A stretch of DNA of 64,000 bases from Octopus bimaculoides (taxonomy: Eukaryota). The notes under the pieces are model-generated. The model ran no database searches and had not been told where the DNA came from. It saw only the letters and a program-made list of their open reading frames with translations. The stretch lies in the NCBI RefSeq assembly GCF_001194135.2, contig NC_069003.1, positions 17,808,833-17,872,832 on the forward strand, given 5' to 3'. Position numbers and translations under genes: made by a program. Positions 11,339-24,065 of the stretch are shown one piece after another (position 1 is the first letter of the stretch; each line of letters starts with the position of its first letter).

Positions 11339-13083
11339 AAAAATTTAGTAAAAGAAATTTGTTGCTATTACTAAGCTGGTTTTTGAAACATAAATTAATA
11401 TGAAATCTCAACAGAAGTTTTTTAATTTAGATCACATTAAAGCAGGAATGATCTCAGGCAAGTTAGAATTAAAGGTTCTGCTTTCTCTGCATTAAGTGGG
11501 TTTTTTTCCTTTCTTTTCTTTTCTAGTCAGGAGAGAAGGCAGTGGCCATGACACTTTGCAGGGCCTCTGAGAGGGTGAAGGAGAGGGGAAAGTATCGTCA
11601 AACTGGAAACCTGGCCCAAATGCTCGTTACGGAGTAGACTTCACTAAAAGTAACCAGGGTACACCTTAAGAAAAATACCACATAAACTAACAAAGAGGTG
11701 CTTTCATGTATTTTCTCAGCTTGTTAAAGATAACAGATGAATATGTCCTCAAATCACAGCCTAATGTCAGTGAAACAAGACCTGATCACTTGAGCCAAGA
11801 AAAAGGAGTCTTCATGTTGCTGCTTAATGTTTATAGGTCAGTGTTTGTTGGGTGGGGGGTCCAGAAGATGCAAGGATTTGTTGGTGTGTTTAATACAAAG
11901 TCTGGTTAAATGAGACATGAACACAGTAAGTGTGGCAAAGGGTGAGGACTTAGGTGAACCTAGATGAGTGAAGGGTATGTGGATAGCTAGTTCAGAAGGA
12001 CAGAGGTCATTGAAGAGGTGGTTGAAAGAGATAAAGAATGGATGCATCATGTGGCTGTTGGTGATTGCAGTGGGTGAAATGTTTGAATCTTTGCCAGTCA
12101 GTTGAACCACATTTCTTTTGGGTGAAGTCTAAGGCCATAGTTCTTTAAAAGACAAATACAAGTCCTACCTTTTTCTCCAGAAAGAATATTATTGGAAATT
12201 TTTGGAAAAGACAGAAGTGAGCCCTGCTCACCGCTATCGGGACAGAGATGGCTATCCACATATGAGAGCCCTTTGTGTCAGAGTAGCTGTTTCAATGTAT
12301 TTCTCTCGTCATCTTCTGGGGTAGTGCCTTTTCTATTTTATCTGTTGAGACCATGAGGCAGTCTGAATTACAGGAAGTCGAGAGAATGTAAGAATTTCAT
12401 AGCTTAGTACTGAAAAAATACTTTGTTGAATTATTTGGGAGAGTAATCTCTCCTTTCTGCTAAATTCCATCTTCATATATCTTTCACTCTGCTAAATCAG
12501 TTGATAATTTTACATTAAAGTAAAACTTTCTCATCACAAACATTCAATCTGTAAAGTAAGTGCACTTAAGTTTTCCTAATCGTTTTAATGTTTCTGTTAT
12601 TGTAGCTTCCAAACTGTTTCATAGTTATCAAGGATGAGTTAGCTTAGCAATGGGGCCTTGAGTGGTTGCTTGACTTGCTTGAAATAGCAGCCAAATCCTC
12701 TCAAATGACAGTGCAAAGTCTTTATATAAAAAAGAGGAGACCTTGAATAATGTATGTGGTCCTAGATATCCCTGAAAAGACATGATCAGGATGGTCGTGG
12801 TTAGAATATCTTTGATCATAAAGCTTGGTCTGTCAATTCTGTTCTGGGGCTAAACAAGAATAGCAATGACAACAAATTAATTTGTGAAGTATTGAGACAG
12901 ACTAACAAATGGAAATGAGTCTCTTTGCATTCATTTATATGTGTATTTGTGGACACGTATGTTTACATGTGTGTGTATTGGTGCATATATATGCGTGTTG
13001 TGTATGTGTATGTGTCATGTGCTTTTGGCATAGTTTCAACAGTGTTTTCCCTGAATGTATTATTAATTAAAATCATAATCCAG

Positions 13084-13180
13084 TTGTTGTTAAGATGTTT
13101 AGCTAATATGCCACCAGTGCCTAACCTCAACATGTCCTATTTGCTTCCACAGTTTGATATTAGATTGCTACTCTTATATT
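13084..13180 (+). CDS. Candidate exon of unidentified gene (LLLRCLANMPPVPNLNMSYLLPQFDIRLLLLY)
   Basis: Acceptor ataatccAG, phase 0; weak donor T|gtcaat gives phase 1; alternatively a terminal exon with stop at 13186-13188. Confidence 0.4.
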
Positions 13181-14439
13181 GTCAATGATTCATTTTAAAT
13201 GATTCAGTGGCTGCTCTTCTTTTCTTTCATTAACCTTTTTATCTTATCACTTATTCATGGTAGAAATCTTTTTCCAAAGACATTTTATGGATGAATTTCT
13301 TTGTTTCTTTCCTTTTGATTTTTTTTTACAATAATTAAGGCTGTGAATGATTTATGCAATCAGTGTATATGTGTGTGTATGTATGTTTGAATGTATGTAT
13401 GAGTGTGTTTTCATTTGTTTTTATGCTATATGCCTATGCACATATGTGTCTATATACATATGTATGTATGTGTATATGTTATGGTATGTTTGTAGAAACA
13501 AATATGTGATCAAAAGCATTCTGATAGTAACCATTCTGTCTTTTATCTAGACATAACATGTCTTCTTGACCTTTATTCATAAAGGAGAATCATTAACCTT
13601 GATCCACGACAGGGCTTCTGACACCAGGGAAGGAAGCAGGAGGTTATGTTCAAACTGGGGACCTGACCCAAATGCTTGCAAAAGAGCAAGCTCCACTAAA
13701 GGCAGATAAGGTGCCATATGATGGTTTTAAACAGGACAATGAAAGAAACCATCCAAGTTGGCTAGAGTAAGATTTGAATGCAGAATGCAAAGTGCCAGAT
13801 GCCCTTCATGCTACTCATTTTACTCTTTAAGACTTGTTTTTAGCCCACCACCTTCATCTCTACCCGAGCCCACTTTCCTCTCTCCATCCATTTTCCCACT
13901 CATTTCAACCATCATCCTATCATTCATCTCACCACTTGTGATATTTGCTCACCCACTGCCAGCCATTACTCCTTTTCTGCCTCTTTTTCTCTCTCACTAT
14001 ATTCTTCTCACAGCTTCTCCACCACCTCAACAACCTCTCATCTCTGGTCTCTATACTTTTCTTTCAAAGACTCAATGGATCTTTACCATCTCCATTTATT
14101 TTGTATCTTTCATTTACCCTTCCCTTTGCACCCATATTCACTTTTTTGATATATAGCCCCTGTACCCCCTACACAACCCACCTCATCTCCTTTAATGCTT
14201 TGTCCCTCTTTATTTCATTAACCCTATCCCCATTCCCTCCTCTTTTTCCTTCTAGTAGTGGTAGTGACTACTCTGTTACTCTCTCCTCTCTCTTAACCTG
14301 TCTCCTTCAGCTATAGGGGCCCCTTTAAGCCCTTTTGTTTTACAAGTGATAATGGTGAGATCATAAGTACTGGCGTTGATTTTTTTGACTAAACCACTTC
14401 AGAGTGGTACCTGACTAAAACTAGTAAAAGAAAATATGC

Positions 14440-15420
14440 AGATAGGACTTGCTTTCTATGTTGTGTCCATGTACAAGCTTTTTATCTCCCTATACTTTTT
14501 ACTTATATTTCTTATATTTTTTTACTTATATTTCTTATATATTTTTAAAAAATATTTATAGGGATATTGTTTCATAGTTTTATTGCTCATATATTTTTTA
14601 CACATAATTTTTCTTTATTCTACCTTTCACCTTGCATTTTTCCTGTGCGTATATAGATGTGTATATGGAATTTTTTGTGTGCATGTGTAGATATGTACGT
14701 GTGCGCGGGTATGTGCATATATAGATGTGTGTGTGTGCATGCGTGCATGTGAGTATGTGCGTATATAGATATGGTTTACTCTTATTGCTTATATTTTACA
14801 CTTTTTTACACATTTTTCTGTATTTTGTCTTTAGCCCTGTTTTTTCTTGTGCATGTGTGTATATAGATGTGTGCGTGCATGCGAGTATGTGCGTATATAG
14901 ATGTGTTTTACTCTTATTGCTTATTTTTTACACTTTTTTTTTTTACATGCGTGTGTGTGTATGTGTGCAAGGGTGTATGCGGGTATGTATATATATTTTT
15001 TGGCGAATGTGTGGGTGAGCATGTGTGTGTTTCAAGTGAGGGTGGATAAGTATATACATATAGGCGCATGTACATGGGTGTGTGGGCGCGCATGTGTATG
15101 TATGGACATGCATGCTTACGTGATTACTATGAACATTTTTACTCCCTCCCCTTATTTAGCAGTCATTCTAATTGCTTTTTTGTCTTAATAACGGTCAATC
15201 ACTCAGTAATTTCCCTTTGTTTAACGGTCATTTTCATAGCATTTTTTTCGATGGCCCAATAACTGAAGTGATGCCGGCGTGGGTTTCTGCCGCGACATCC
15301 GAAACTCAGAGTTTTATCATGGCTACTGAATAATTGGCACATATTATATTTACAGATAAATTCCTCTATTTCCATAATATTGAGGTCTCTTTCATTCTTT
15401 TGTTGTCTTGCCATTTCTAT
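14440..15420 (+). mobile_element. Putative PLE pseudo-LTR/3' UTR remnant
   Basis: T-rich, internally duplicated segments followed by a hammerhead-like motif; no ORF support. Confidence 0.35.
15252..15325 (+). ncRNA. Hammerhead-like motif, variant core (CUGAAGU)
   Basis: CTGAAGT at 15263; stem II GATG..CGGC/GCCG..CATC; GAAA at 15301; near-palindromic stem III ACTC-A-GAGT; stem I CCAATAA/TTAT(ca)TGG. Confidence 0.45.
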
Positions 15421-15454
<34 letters not shown>

Positions 15455-15556
15455 TCTTTGTAGGGTATAAAGATAAGGTATTTCCAATGCAGCACTCAAC
15501 CTGAGTTCTGTGCTGTTGACACTGACAAATTCCAGACTAATACCAAAATTCTTCAG

Positions 15557-15582
15557 GTGTAGAAAATATTCGTTTCATAATG
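15557..15582 (+). CDS. Candidate 26-nt microexon (xVENIRFIM)
   Basis: Acceptor aattcttcAG, donor ATG|gtaaaa; phase 1-0. Confidence 0.4.
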
Positions 15583-15811
15583 GTAAAACCATTTTGTAAG
15601 TTTAGTGAAGAGTAAAATATAATCCAAATAAGACAAAGAAATACTTTCACACATTTTTAATGACCAAATTGTTTCTGTACCAACTCTACTTTCAACAGTG
15701 TTCAAAGCAGAGTTGGTACAGAAACAATTGTAACTGATCATTAAAGATGTTTTTAAAGTATTTCTTTGTCTTATTATTTGGATTTTATATGTACATATAT
15801 TCTGTTCACAG

Positions 15812-15819
15812 TTACATAG
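15812..15819 (+). CDS. Candidate 8-nt microexon (TTACATAG)
   Basis: Acceptor ttctgttcacAG, consensus donor AG|gtaagt; phase 0-2. Confidence 0.45.
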
Positions 15820-16124
15820 GTAAGTGGTTAAAAGCACTTTACATAACCATGCATTCCAAAGAATCCTTCTGTTTGAATTGGAAAAGAAGATGAAGATAGT
15901 ACTGATAATTCCCTTTTCCTTTAATGCCTGGAGAATCTAAAATGTACTGATAGAAGAAAAATAAATAAGTAGAAATTTAATATGATGGAAGAAGTTTTGA
16001 AGTGATGAATACATAAAAGTGTGTTGGTATTTTCTGGCAGCCTGACATAGAAACAGCATTGAAACTATGTTTGGTATCCACATATACACAGAAATTCTTT
16101 CTCTCTGTCTCTTGTGTTCTACAG

Positions 16125-16338
16125 ATTTTTTTGTTGCATAAGGGATGTAACTGATGCCAATAAAGTAATGAATGAAATTGCTAGGAATTCCAAAGTTCAC
16201 CATGGTTTCCAAGAATATTTGCAAAATTTACCAAGTTTTTCCTGGAACACGAAACTATATGCATGCTGCTTGTCTGTCTGTCAATTTCTTTGGCCAGTAA
16301 ATCAACAAGTTCTATATGGTCATTCATTTAGTTGTTAG
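16125..16338 (+). CDS. Candidate terminal exon of unidentified gene (FFCCIRDVTDANKVMNEIARNSKVHHGFQEYLQNLPSFSWNTKLYACC...)
   Basis: Long pyrimidine tract tctttctctctgtctcttgtgttctacAG; phase-2 start keeps 70 codons open to TAG. Confidence 0.5.
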
Positions 16339-16984
16339 TGTTCTGGCTGCTGTTAACTCTTGGATTAACTTTGACAGAAGAAACCTAGGATTAAACACAT
16401 TCCAACAGTGAGCATCCCGTCTCTTCATTTTTTAAGCGTGTTTTTGTAGGGTATCACCACCACCACCATCATCATCATTGCGACCACAGCCATCACCATT
16501 ATCATCATTGTTTTAATGTTCACTTTTCCATACTTGCTTGTGTGAGATGGAAGTTGTTGAGGCAGAGTTTCTACAGCTGGATGTCCTTCCTGTTGCCAAC
16601 CCTTGCTTATTCACAAGTAAGGTAATAATTCCCCGTGACCAAACATGTTTACACAGAATATTGGAAAATAATGTCACTGTTTGTGAGATGGTGAAGCTTG
16701 TTTACAACAATCACACAATGTCAAGACTAGTGAATCACATGCACACATACACACATATATCCACATGTTCTATTAAAAAAAATTTTTAAACACCCTACCT
16801 AATTAAACCAATTTACATCTCCCCTTCTCCTCTTCCTCTTTTTCCAGACACCATACTTTTTCCTCCCTCCCCACTTTTGTTGACTAATCCTGTCCTCACT
16901 GCCTAGCCCAATGTGTCATTGCTATCCTGATATCCTGTCAAGTGATGGTGGGGGGAAGAACACAGAGACACAAACATACATACA

Positions 16985-17017
<33 letters not shown>

Positions 17018-18159
17018 ACGTGAGAGAGTTAGGGGTTGGGGGTTCAACCCACTAAGGGATAGTATCTATCCAGTATACTGCTGGGAGGGTACNNNNNNNN
17101 NNNNNNNNNNNNNNNNNNNNNNNNNNNNNNNNNNNNNNNNNNNNNNNNNNNNNNNNNNNNNNNNNNNNNNNNNNNNNNNNNNNNNNNNNNNNNNNNNNNN
17201 NNNNNNNNNNNNNNNNNNNNNNNNNNNNNNNNNNNNNNNNNNNNNNNNNNNNNNNNNNNNNNNNNNNNNNNNNNNNNNNNNNNNNNNNNNNNNNNNNNNN
17301 NNNNNNNNNNNNNNNNNNNNNNNNNNNNNNNNNNNNNNNNNNNNNNNNNNNNNNNNNNNNNNNNNNNNNNNNNNNNNNNNNNNNNNNNNNNNNNNNNNNN
17401 NNNNNNNNNNNNNNNNNNNNNNNNNNNNNNNNNNNNNNNNNNNNNNNNNNNNNNNNNNNNNNNNNNNNNNNNNNNNNNNNNNNNNNNNNNNNNNNNNNNN
17501 NNNNNNNNNNNNNNNNNNNNNNNNNNNNNNNNNNNNNNNNNNNNNNNNNNNNNNNNNNNNNNNNNNNNNNNNNNNNNNNNNNNNNNNNNNNNNNNNNNNN
17601 NNNNNNNNNNNNNNNNNNNNNNNNNNNNNNNNNNNNNNNNNNNNNNNNNNNNNNNNNNNNNNNNNNNNNNNNNNNNNNNNNNNNNNNNNNNNNNNNNNNN
17701 NNNNNNNNNNNNNNNNNNNNNNNNNNNNNNNNNNNNNNNNNNNNNNNNNNNNNNNNNNNNNNNNNNNNNNNNNNNNNNNNNNNNNNNNNNNNNNNNNNNN
17801 NNNNNNNNNNNNNNNNNNNNNNNNNNNNNNNNNNNNNNNNNNNNNNNNNNNNNNNNNNNNNNNNNNNNNNNNNNNNNNNNNNNNNNNNNNNNNNNNNNNN
17901 NNNNNNNNNNNNNNNNNNNNNNNNNNNNNNNNNNNTCCCCTTAATTTATACAGCAATAAGAAAATGGAGGGGATCAGTAGGTGGTATTCATCAACTTTGA
18001 GACATTATATTATGTCTATTTCTTTATTTACTAAAAGGACAATTATAACAATATACATACATGTATAACATATCTTGCTTTACCTATATAATATATAAAA
18101 TATAAAAATATCAGTAATTATTAAAATATATAACATAGAGCAATAGAAATTGGAATAAT

Positions 18160-18283
18160 ATCTTACAGCTGTTTCAGCCAAGAGGCAATAAAACCTCATT
18201 CTACTTTTATCCCTCCAGTGGACTGAAGTAATTAGTAGATGAAATTGAGGTACCTGGGTGTTTCTCTAGGCTTCGTTGGAGAT
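18160..18283 (-). ncRNA. Degenerate hammerhead relic
   Basis: Reverse complement ATCT-CCAACGA-AGCC...GGCT-GAAA-CAGCTG-TA-AGAT; two core substitutions. Confidence 0.35.
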
Positions 18284-18552
18284 TTTAGAAAGTACATAAG
18301 GTTAAGTTATAAATATAAATACACACACATATACATACTTTTACATATATATAAATACATATGCCTACACTTAAATGTACATACATAAATGCATTATATT
18401 ATTCATAGTAGATAAAATGTAATCAGCAGTATGAGAAAGTTATTGCAAACTACTTACCACACAGCCACTCCTGCGCCTATATACAATATATATATATATA
18501 TTATATATTACATCTATACATAATATATATTATATACATGATATATATATTA

Positions 18553-18593
<41 letters not shown>

Positions 18594-19503
18594 NNNNNNN
18601 NNNNNNNNNNNNNNNNNNNNNNNNNNNNNNNNNNNNNNNNNNNNNNNNNNNNNNNNNNNNNNNNNNNNNNNNNNNNNNNNNNNNNNNNNNNNNNNNNNNN
18701 NNNNNNNNNNNNNNNNNNNNNNNNNNNNNNNNNNNNNNNNNNNNNNNNNNNNNNNNNNNNNNNNNNNNNNNNNNNNNNNNNNNNNNNNNNNNNNNNNNNN
18801 NNNNNNNNNNNNNNNNNNNNNNNNNNNNNNNNNNNNNNNNNNNNNNNNNNNNNNNNNNNNNNNNNNNNNNNNNNNNNNNNNNNNNNNNNNNNNNNNNNNN
18901 NNNNNNNNNNNNNNNNNNNNNNNNNNNNNNNNNNNNNNNNNNNNNNNNNNNNNNNNNNNNNNNNNNNNNNNNNNNNNNNNNNNNNNNNNNNNNNNNNNNN
19001 NNNNNNNNNNNNNNNNNNNNNNNNNNNNNNNNNNNNNNNNNNNNNNNNNNNNNNNNNNNNNNNNNNNNNNNNNNNNNNNNNNNNNNNNNNNNNNNNNNNN
19101 NNNNNNNNNNNNNNNNNNNNNNNNNNNNNNNNNNNNNNNNNNNNNNNNNNNNNNNNNNNNNNNNNNNNNNNNNNNNNNNNNNNNNNNNNNNNNNNNNNNN
19201 NNNNNNNNNNNNNNNNNNNNNNNNNNNNNNNNNNNNNNNNNNNNNNNNNNNNNNNNNNNNNNNNNNNNNNNNNNNNNNNNNNNNNNNNNNNNNNNNNNNN
19301 NNNNNNNNNNNNNNNNNNNNNNNNNNNNNNNNNNNNNNNNNNNNNNNNNNNNNNNNNNNNNNNNNNNNNNNNNNNNNNNNNNNNNNNNNNNNNNNNNNNN
19401 NNNNNNNNNNNNNNNNNNNNNNNNNNNNNNNNNNNNNNNNNNNNNNNNNNNNNNNNNNNNNNNNNNNNNNNNNNNNNNNNNNNNNNNNNNNNNNNNNNNN
19501 NNN

Positions 19504-22500
19504 GCCAGAGATGTCTCAGCCTCAACATATGTTTGCACATCATAAGCCAGGGCATCCCTAACCCACCCTTTAGTGGTTCCTGGTAGCAGTGGCTTTCCTT
19601 CCTTCCACAATAAGTGGAGAAGGAGGCGCTCCAACTTGTTTAGCCACGAGTCGGGACAAGGGACAACGGTTAGGCGGTAGGTGATTACAGATGCGATAAA
19701 CACCTGTACCACTTCCACCTTTCCTTTCAAGGATAGAGCCCATCCAGACCAAGTCCAAGCTGAAGCTTCCACTCTGTCTGCCACCTCACTCCAATTCTTC
19801 TCTGTTTGGGAGTCCGGTCCAAACCAAACTCCAAGCAACTTAACAGGACCGTCTGTCCAGTGACCCACGACACTGGACAATACCGGCTTGCTCCTTCACG
19901 TGCCGAGGCACAAGCCGATGGACTTGTCCTTGTTAACTTTTACTCCTGCCACCACCTCATATCCTTTGATAGTGTCCTCTACACAAGGTAGCTGGACCTC
20001 ATTGGACACAATGATGGTGACATCATCTGCAAAAGCAGAGACCTACTTACCACATCCGATTTCATTGGGGGTGCATCCCAAATTCTCCAACTTCCTTAGT
20101 AAATGCTCAAGAGCCAAAACGTACAGAAGCGGGGACATGGGGACACCCATGGCGAACTAAGCGCTTGATCGAAAACGGCTCTGACAGGTAGCCATTTATC
20201 TGAACAGTGGATTAGATGCTGCTATACATTGCAGAGATCCACCTATGGAAGTCCGGGCCCAGCCCAGCTGCTTCAAGAACTGCCGCCAGTGAGCTACCCT
20301 ATCAAATGCTTTACTTTGGTCTAAATGGACCAGTGCCCTGCCTTTGCTGGTTAATTTACCCACCCTGTCTAAGGTGTAGCGTATAAGGTGAAGATTGTCC
20401 TGGATCGACCTGCCCAGAATGGTGCACGTCTGCGCCTTCCCTACAAGCTTCTCCACGATACGCATCAACCTTTTTGCTAACACCTTGGCCAAAATCTTTA
20501 ACTCTACATTGAGTAGAGTTATGGACCTGTAATTACTTATACTGTCCCCCTAGCTTGGGTCCTTCTGGATCAGTGTCACCATCCCCGACTCACAGAGCTG
20601 GGAATCCTCCCAGTAGACGCCTGCCAGCAGGTCCCCAAACAAGTCCGGCATGCTACGATAAAACTCATAGGGCAGACCATCCAGCCCCGGTGCACTCAGC
20701 CAACACCTCTTTTACTTTCACAGATGTAATCGGTCCTTCACAGCATTCTGTCTCACATGCCGAAAGCCACGGCCCACTGGTGAGGAAGACCTTTAGGGAC
20801 TCCCCATGCTTGAGCTCGCTGCCCTGCCCAAACAATCAGTTGAAATGCTGGTGAAAGGCCTTTTGCATCTTTTCCTGTCCATAGATCTTGTGCCCCTGTT
20901 CATCAGTTAAAGACTTTATAGAGGCTTTTTTGCCCTTCTGAAACTCCACATGACGGGCCCATCCGGCAACGTTAAAACCTTCTCGGCCCACTGCACGTAG
21001 CCTAACTCTAACTCTACAGCCTTCATGTTTGACTTTGAGGTGATGGTACAAGACCGTTCTCACCGCCAGCACTCTGTCTGCAGAGCCAGATTCCAAAGCC
21101 TCGTCTAAATTCTTAACTAGTTCCCTTTCTATTCTAGATCTATCTAAACTTAGCTGGTTGCTAAATCTAATAGAATCTAAACGGATGGCTTTCTTGAAGG
21201 CATGCCACCATCTATTATTAATGATGGCGCCACATAGTGCCCTCTGTGCTAATTCCTTAATCTGGGCATAGAAGGCTTGACAAGTCAAAATAGACTTGTT
21301 CATCTTCCAGTATCTATATGTACCTCACATGTCACAAATTTGTGATCTGTGCAAAGCACAATACAAAACTGGGGACAGCTAAAGGTATCCCTATCTCTTT
21401 CTCTAACAAATACCCTATCTATATAAGATCTGCATGAGGTGTTATTATTACTCCACATTCACTGTGGAATGCTCGGCTCATCCAGTCTGTAATGGTCTAC
21501 TAGATTATAGCTCTCTAGTAGACCCTTGAGGCCAGGATTTCCCCTCCTATCAGTCGAGCCAACACTACCCATCCGTGCATGGAGTATAGTGTTAAAGTCT
21601 CCTAACAGAACTATCGTTTTTGAGGTCACTAGAAAGTGCTCTAGTTCTCGATAAAAAACAGACTGCCTACAATCCTTAGGAGCATAGCCAGCTACCAACC
21701 TGAAAGACTGTTTACTCTTGTGGGTCACATCTAGGATGACCAGCCTACCTTTTGGGTCCAGAAAGATTGTACTTACCTGTAAGTTCAAGGTCTTCCTGAG
21801 TAGAACCAACAAGGCCCCACCTCCTTGTCAGCTAGGAGAAATAAATTTCTCATAGCCATTTAGAAGAGATGAGAATGCTTGTGGTCCACTCATCTTGGAC
21901 TCGGTAGCAATGCATACATCTATATCTCGTGACCTGAGGTCATTCAGGATATAAGCTTGTTTCCATTTCGACTCTAGCCCACATACATTTATGCACCCTA
22001 GCTTAATCAACGTGATGAAATTTTATAGAAAGGAATTACTTACAATTTGAGTTTGGGGATGGGCTGCACAACTCTGCCTGCCTCCCCATCCATTTCTTTT
22101 ACTGGTGTAGCCGCTGGGCTATTTGTTGGTGTGGCTGCTGGGCTTACAATTAATTTTCTCTCTGCCACCTCAGCGCTAACATCTTGTACATTGTCTGGGT
22201 GATGCACTTTCAGGTCTTTCCATAGGCTTTCATCCATTATTGCAAAACTAATGCCTGTCAGTGTATCTTTCAATCTTTTGTAGACACGTGCCTTATGGTG
22301 TGATCTAATGAATTTGGACATCGCTTCATTTTTCTCTCTAAAGGCCACTGTTTTTTCATGTGTTTTTTTGGGGAAGGGTTTGATAAATGATTTTACCGTG
22401 GGGTTGGGTTGGGGAGTTTGGTTGTGTGTGTCTGTTGCATGTGTCTTTTTTTGTTTATGCGTGACTGTGATAAAATCCATTTCTTCAGTTGTGTCTTTCT

Positions 22501-23650
22501 TCTCCTCAGCTACTTTTTCTTCCTTCTTCTCTGAAGCGCCCTCCGGCTTTTCCGCCTTTTCCTTCACCTCCTTTGCAGCTTTTTGGGGAGGGGCCTCATT
22601 CTCGTTTTTCTTTTTAGTGCACTTGGAGTAAACGTGGCCCTTTTCTCCACACTTGAAGCATCAGGGCCTACGTCTCTCCATGGCCACTCGCAATGATAGT
22701 CCTTCCCCTACAAATACCCTATCGAGTAAATTTTCCAGGGTTTCATTTGCAGCTTGTACTACCATTTCTAGTGTCTGGCCTTTCCAGTTTATTACGTCTT
22801 TCTTTTTCATCTATAAGATTGACACCTCCTCCTTTACGTCGTAAACCACAGCTGCTGCTACCCACATAACTTCATATCCTGCTGGGATTTCTTTGACCAT
22901 AATTTTTGCAATTCTACATCCCAATTTGTGGGTAGCAGCATTATCTCCTTGTTCTTTAGTGTCCTTGTTGACACCTCCTTGGCTACATTATTAGCCGTTT
23001 GGAACTACGCTTCGACAGTCACGCTTTGTGTTCTACAACCAACGTAGCATACCTGATTCCATATTCATGCCATGCACCTCTCCACCACTTTGTTCTTGGC
23101 TTCCATTATCCTCTTTTCCTTCAGGTTGTATATCCTATACACCACCATTCTAGCATTGATTGCTTGTACCGTTTCAGGAGGCGACAACAGTTTAGTATCG
23201 CCATCACTTTTTTTAATTAAATTTCGGAACTTGAACAGTTGTTCCATTTTCACCTCTAACTCAGTCACGTTACCGCTCACTGTGGCCAAATAACTTGGCT
23301 TTTCCTGTGTTTCCTTGTTATTACTTGTTGAACCTTTTCCCATCTTAGGAAAATCCTTTTGTGATGCAATGTTAAATTCCATCACAAAACTTTTTTAAAA
23401 CTTTGTCACAAATGACAAATTCACAAAATATAAACCCAGTAACAAGTAAAACAAACAATTCAATAATAAGTTGTGTTTTTTTTTTTGTTTCAAAATAATA
23501 ATCCAACAGAATTTTCTGTTCCGTAGGGTGAAAATTACTGTTTCTCGACGTACAACAGTTCAAATAACACGTATTCAAAATATAACACCAAATTGACATA
23601 CAAAAACACACAGACGCAAAAAATTGTTCAGCTAGAGGTGAGGCTGCCAA
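19504..23650 (-). mobile_element. Tx1-clade LINE, near full length, disrupted (ORF1 about 22040-23346, ORF2 about 19504-22010)
   Basis: ORF1 CCHC knuckle CFKCGEKGHVYSKC; APE motifs GCINVCGL, IATESK, LLGDFNT; RT motifs LDQSKAFDRV and VSAFADDVTII; 3' end runs into an N gap. Confidence 0.92.
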
Positions 23651-23701
23651 ATTCCTGTTCGAAATGTATAGTTTTCAAAGTGACAACTAGTCACTGATCT
23701 A

Positions 23702-24065
23702 TACATTAGAAAATTACTATTTTTAAATCTCACGAGAGATATTCAGCAACAGTACTTTGGAGTAAAGATTTTTGCCAACATAACATGGCAGTCCTGGTTT
23801 AGGACAAATGTTTAGGATGCCATGTTATGTTGGCAAAAATCTTTACTCCACAGTACTGTTGTTAAAATCATCTCTTCTCCATTTTTAACAAATTTGTTGA
23901 GTTCTATGGGATACCATTCCATAAATTCTCATAACACGATATACAAGTAATATTTTCATTAGAAAATTACTATTTTTAAATCTCACAAGAGGTATTAAGC
24001 AACAGTGCTTTGGAGTAAAGGTTTTTGCCAACATAACATGGTAGTCCTGGTTTAGGATGAATGTT
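23702..24065. repeat. Tandem unit of about 255 bp containing a long hairpin (23747-23861)
   Basis: Unit start TAGAAAATTACTATTTTTAAATCTCAC recurs near 23707 and 23960; inverted arms of about 50 bp; related sequence at 49850-49900. Confidence 0.75.
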
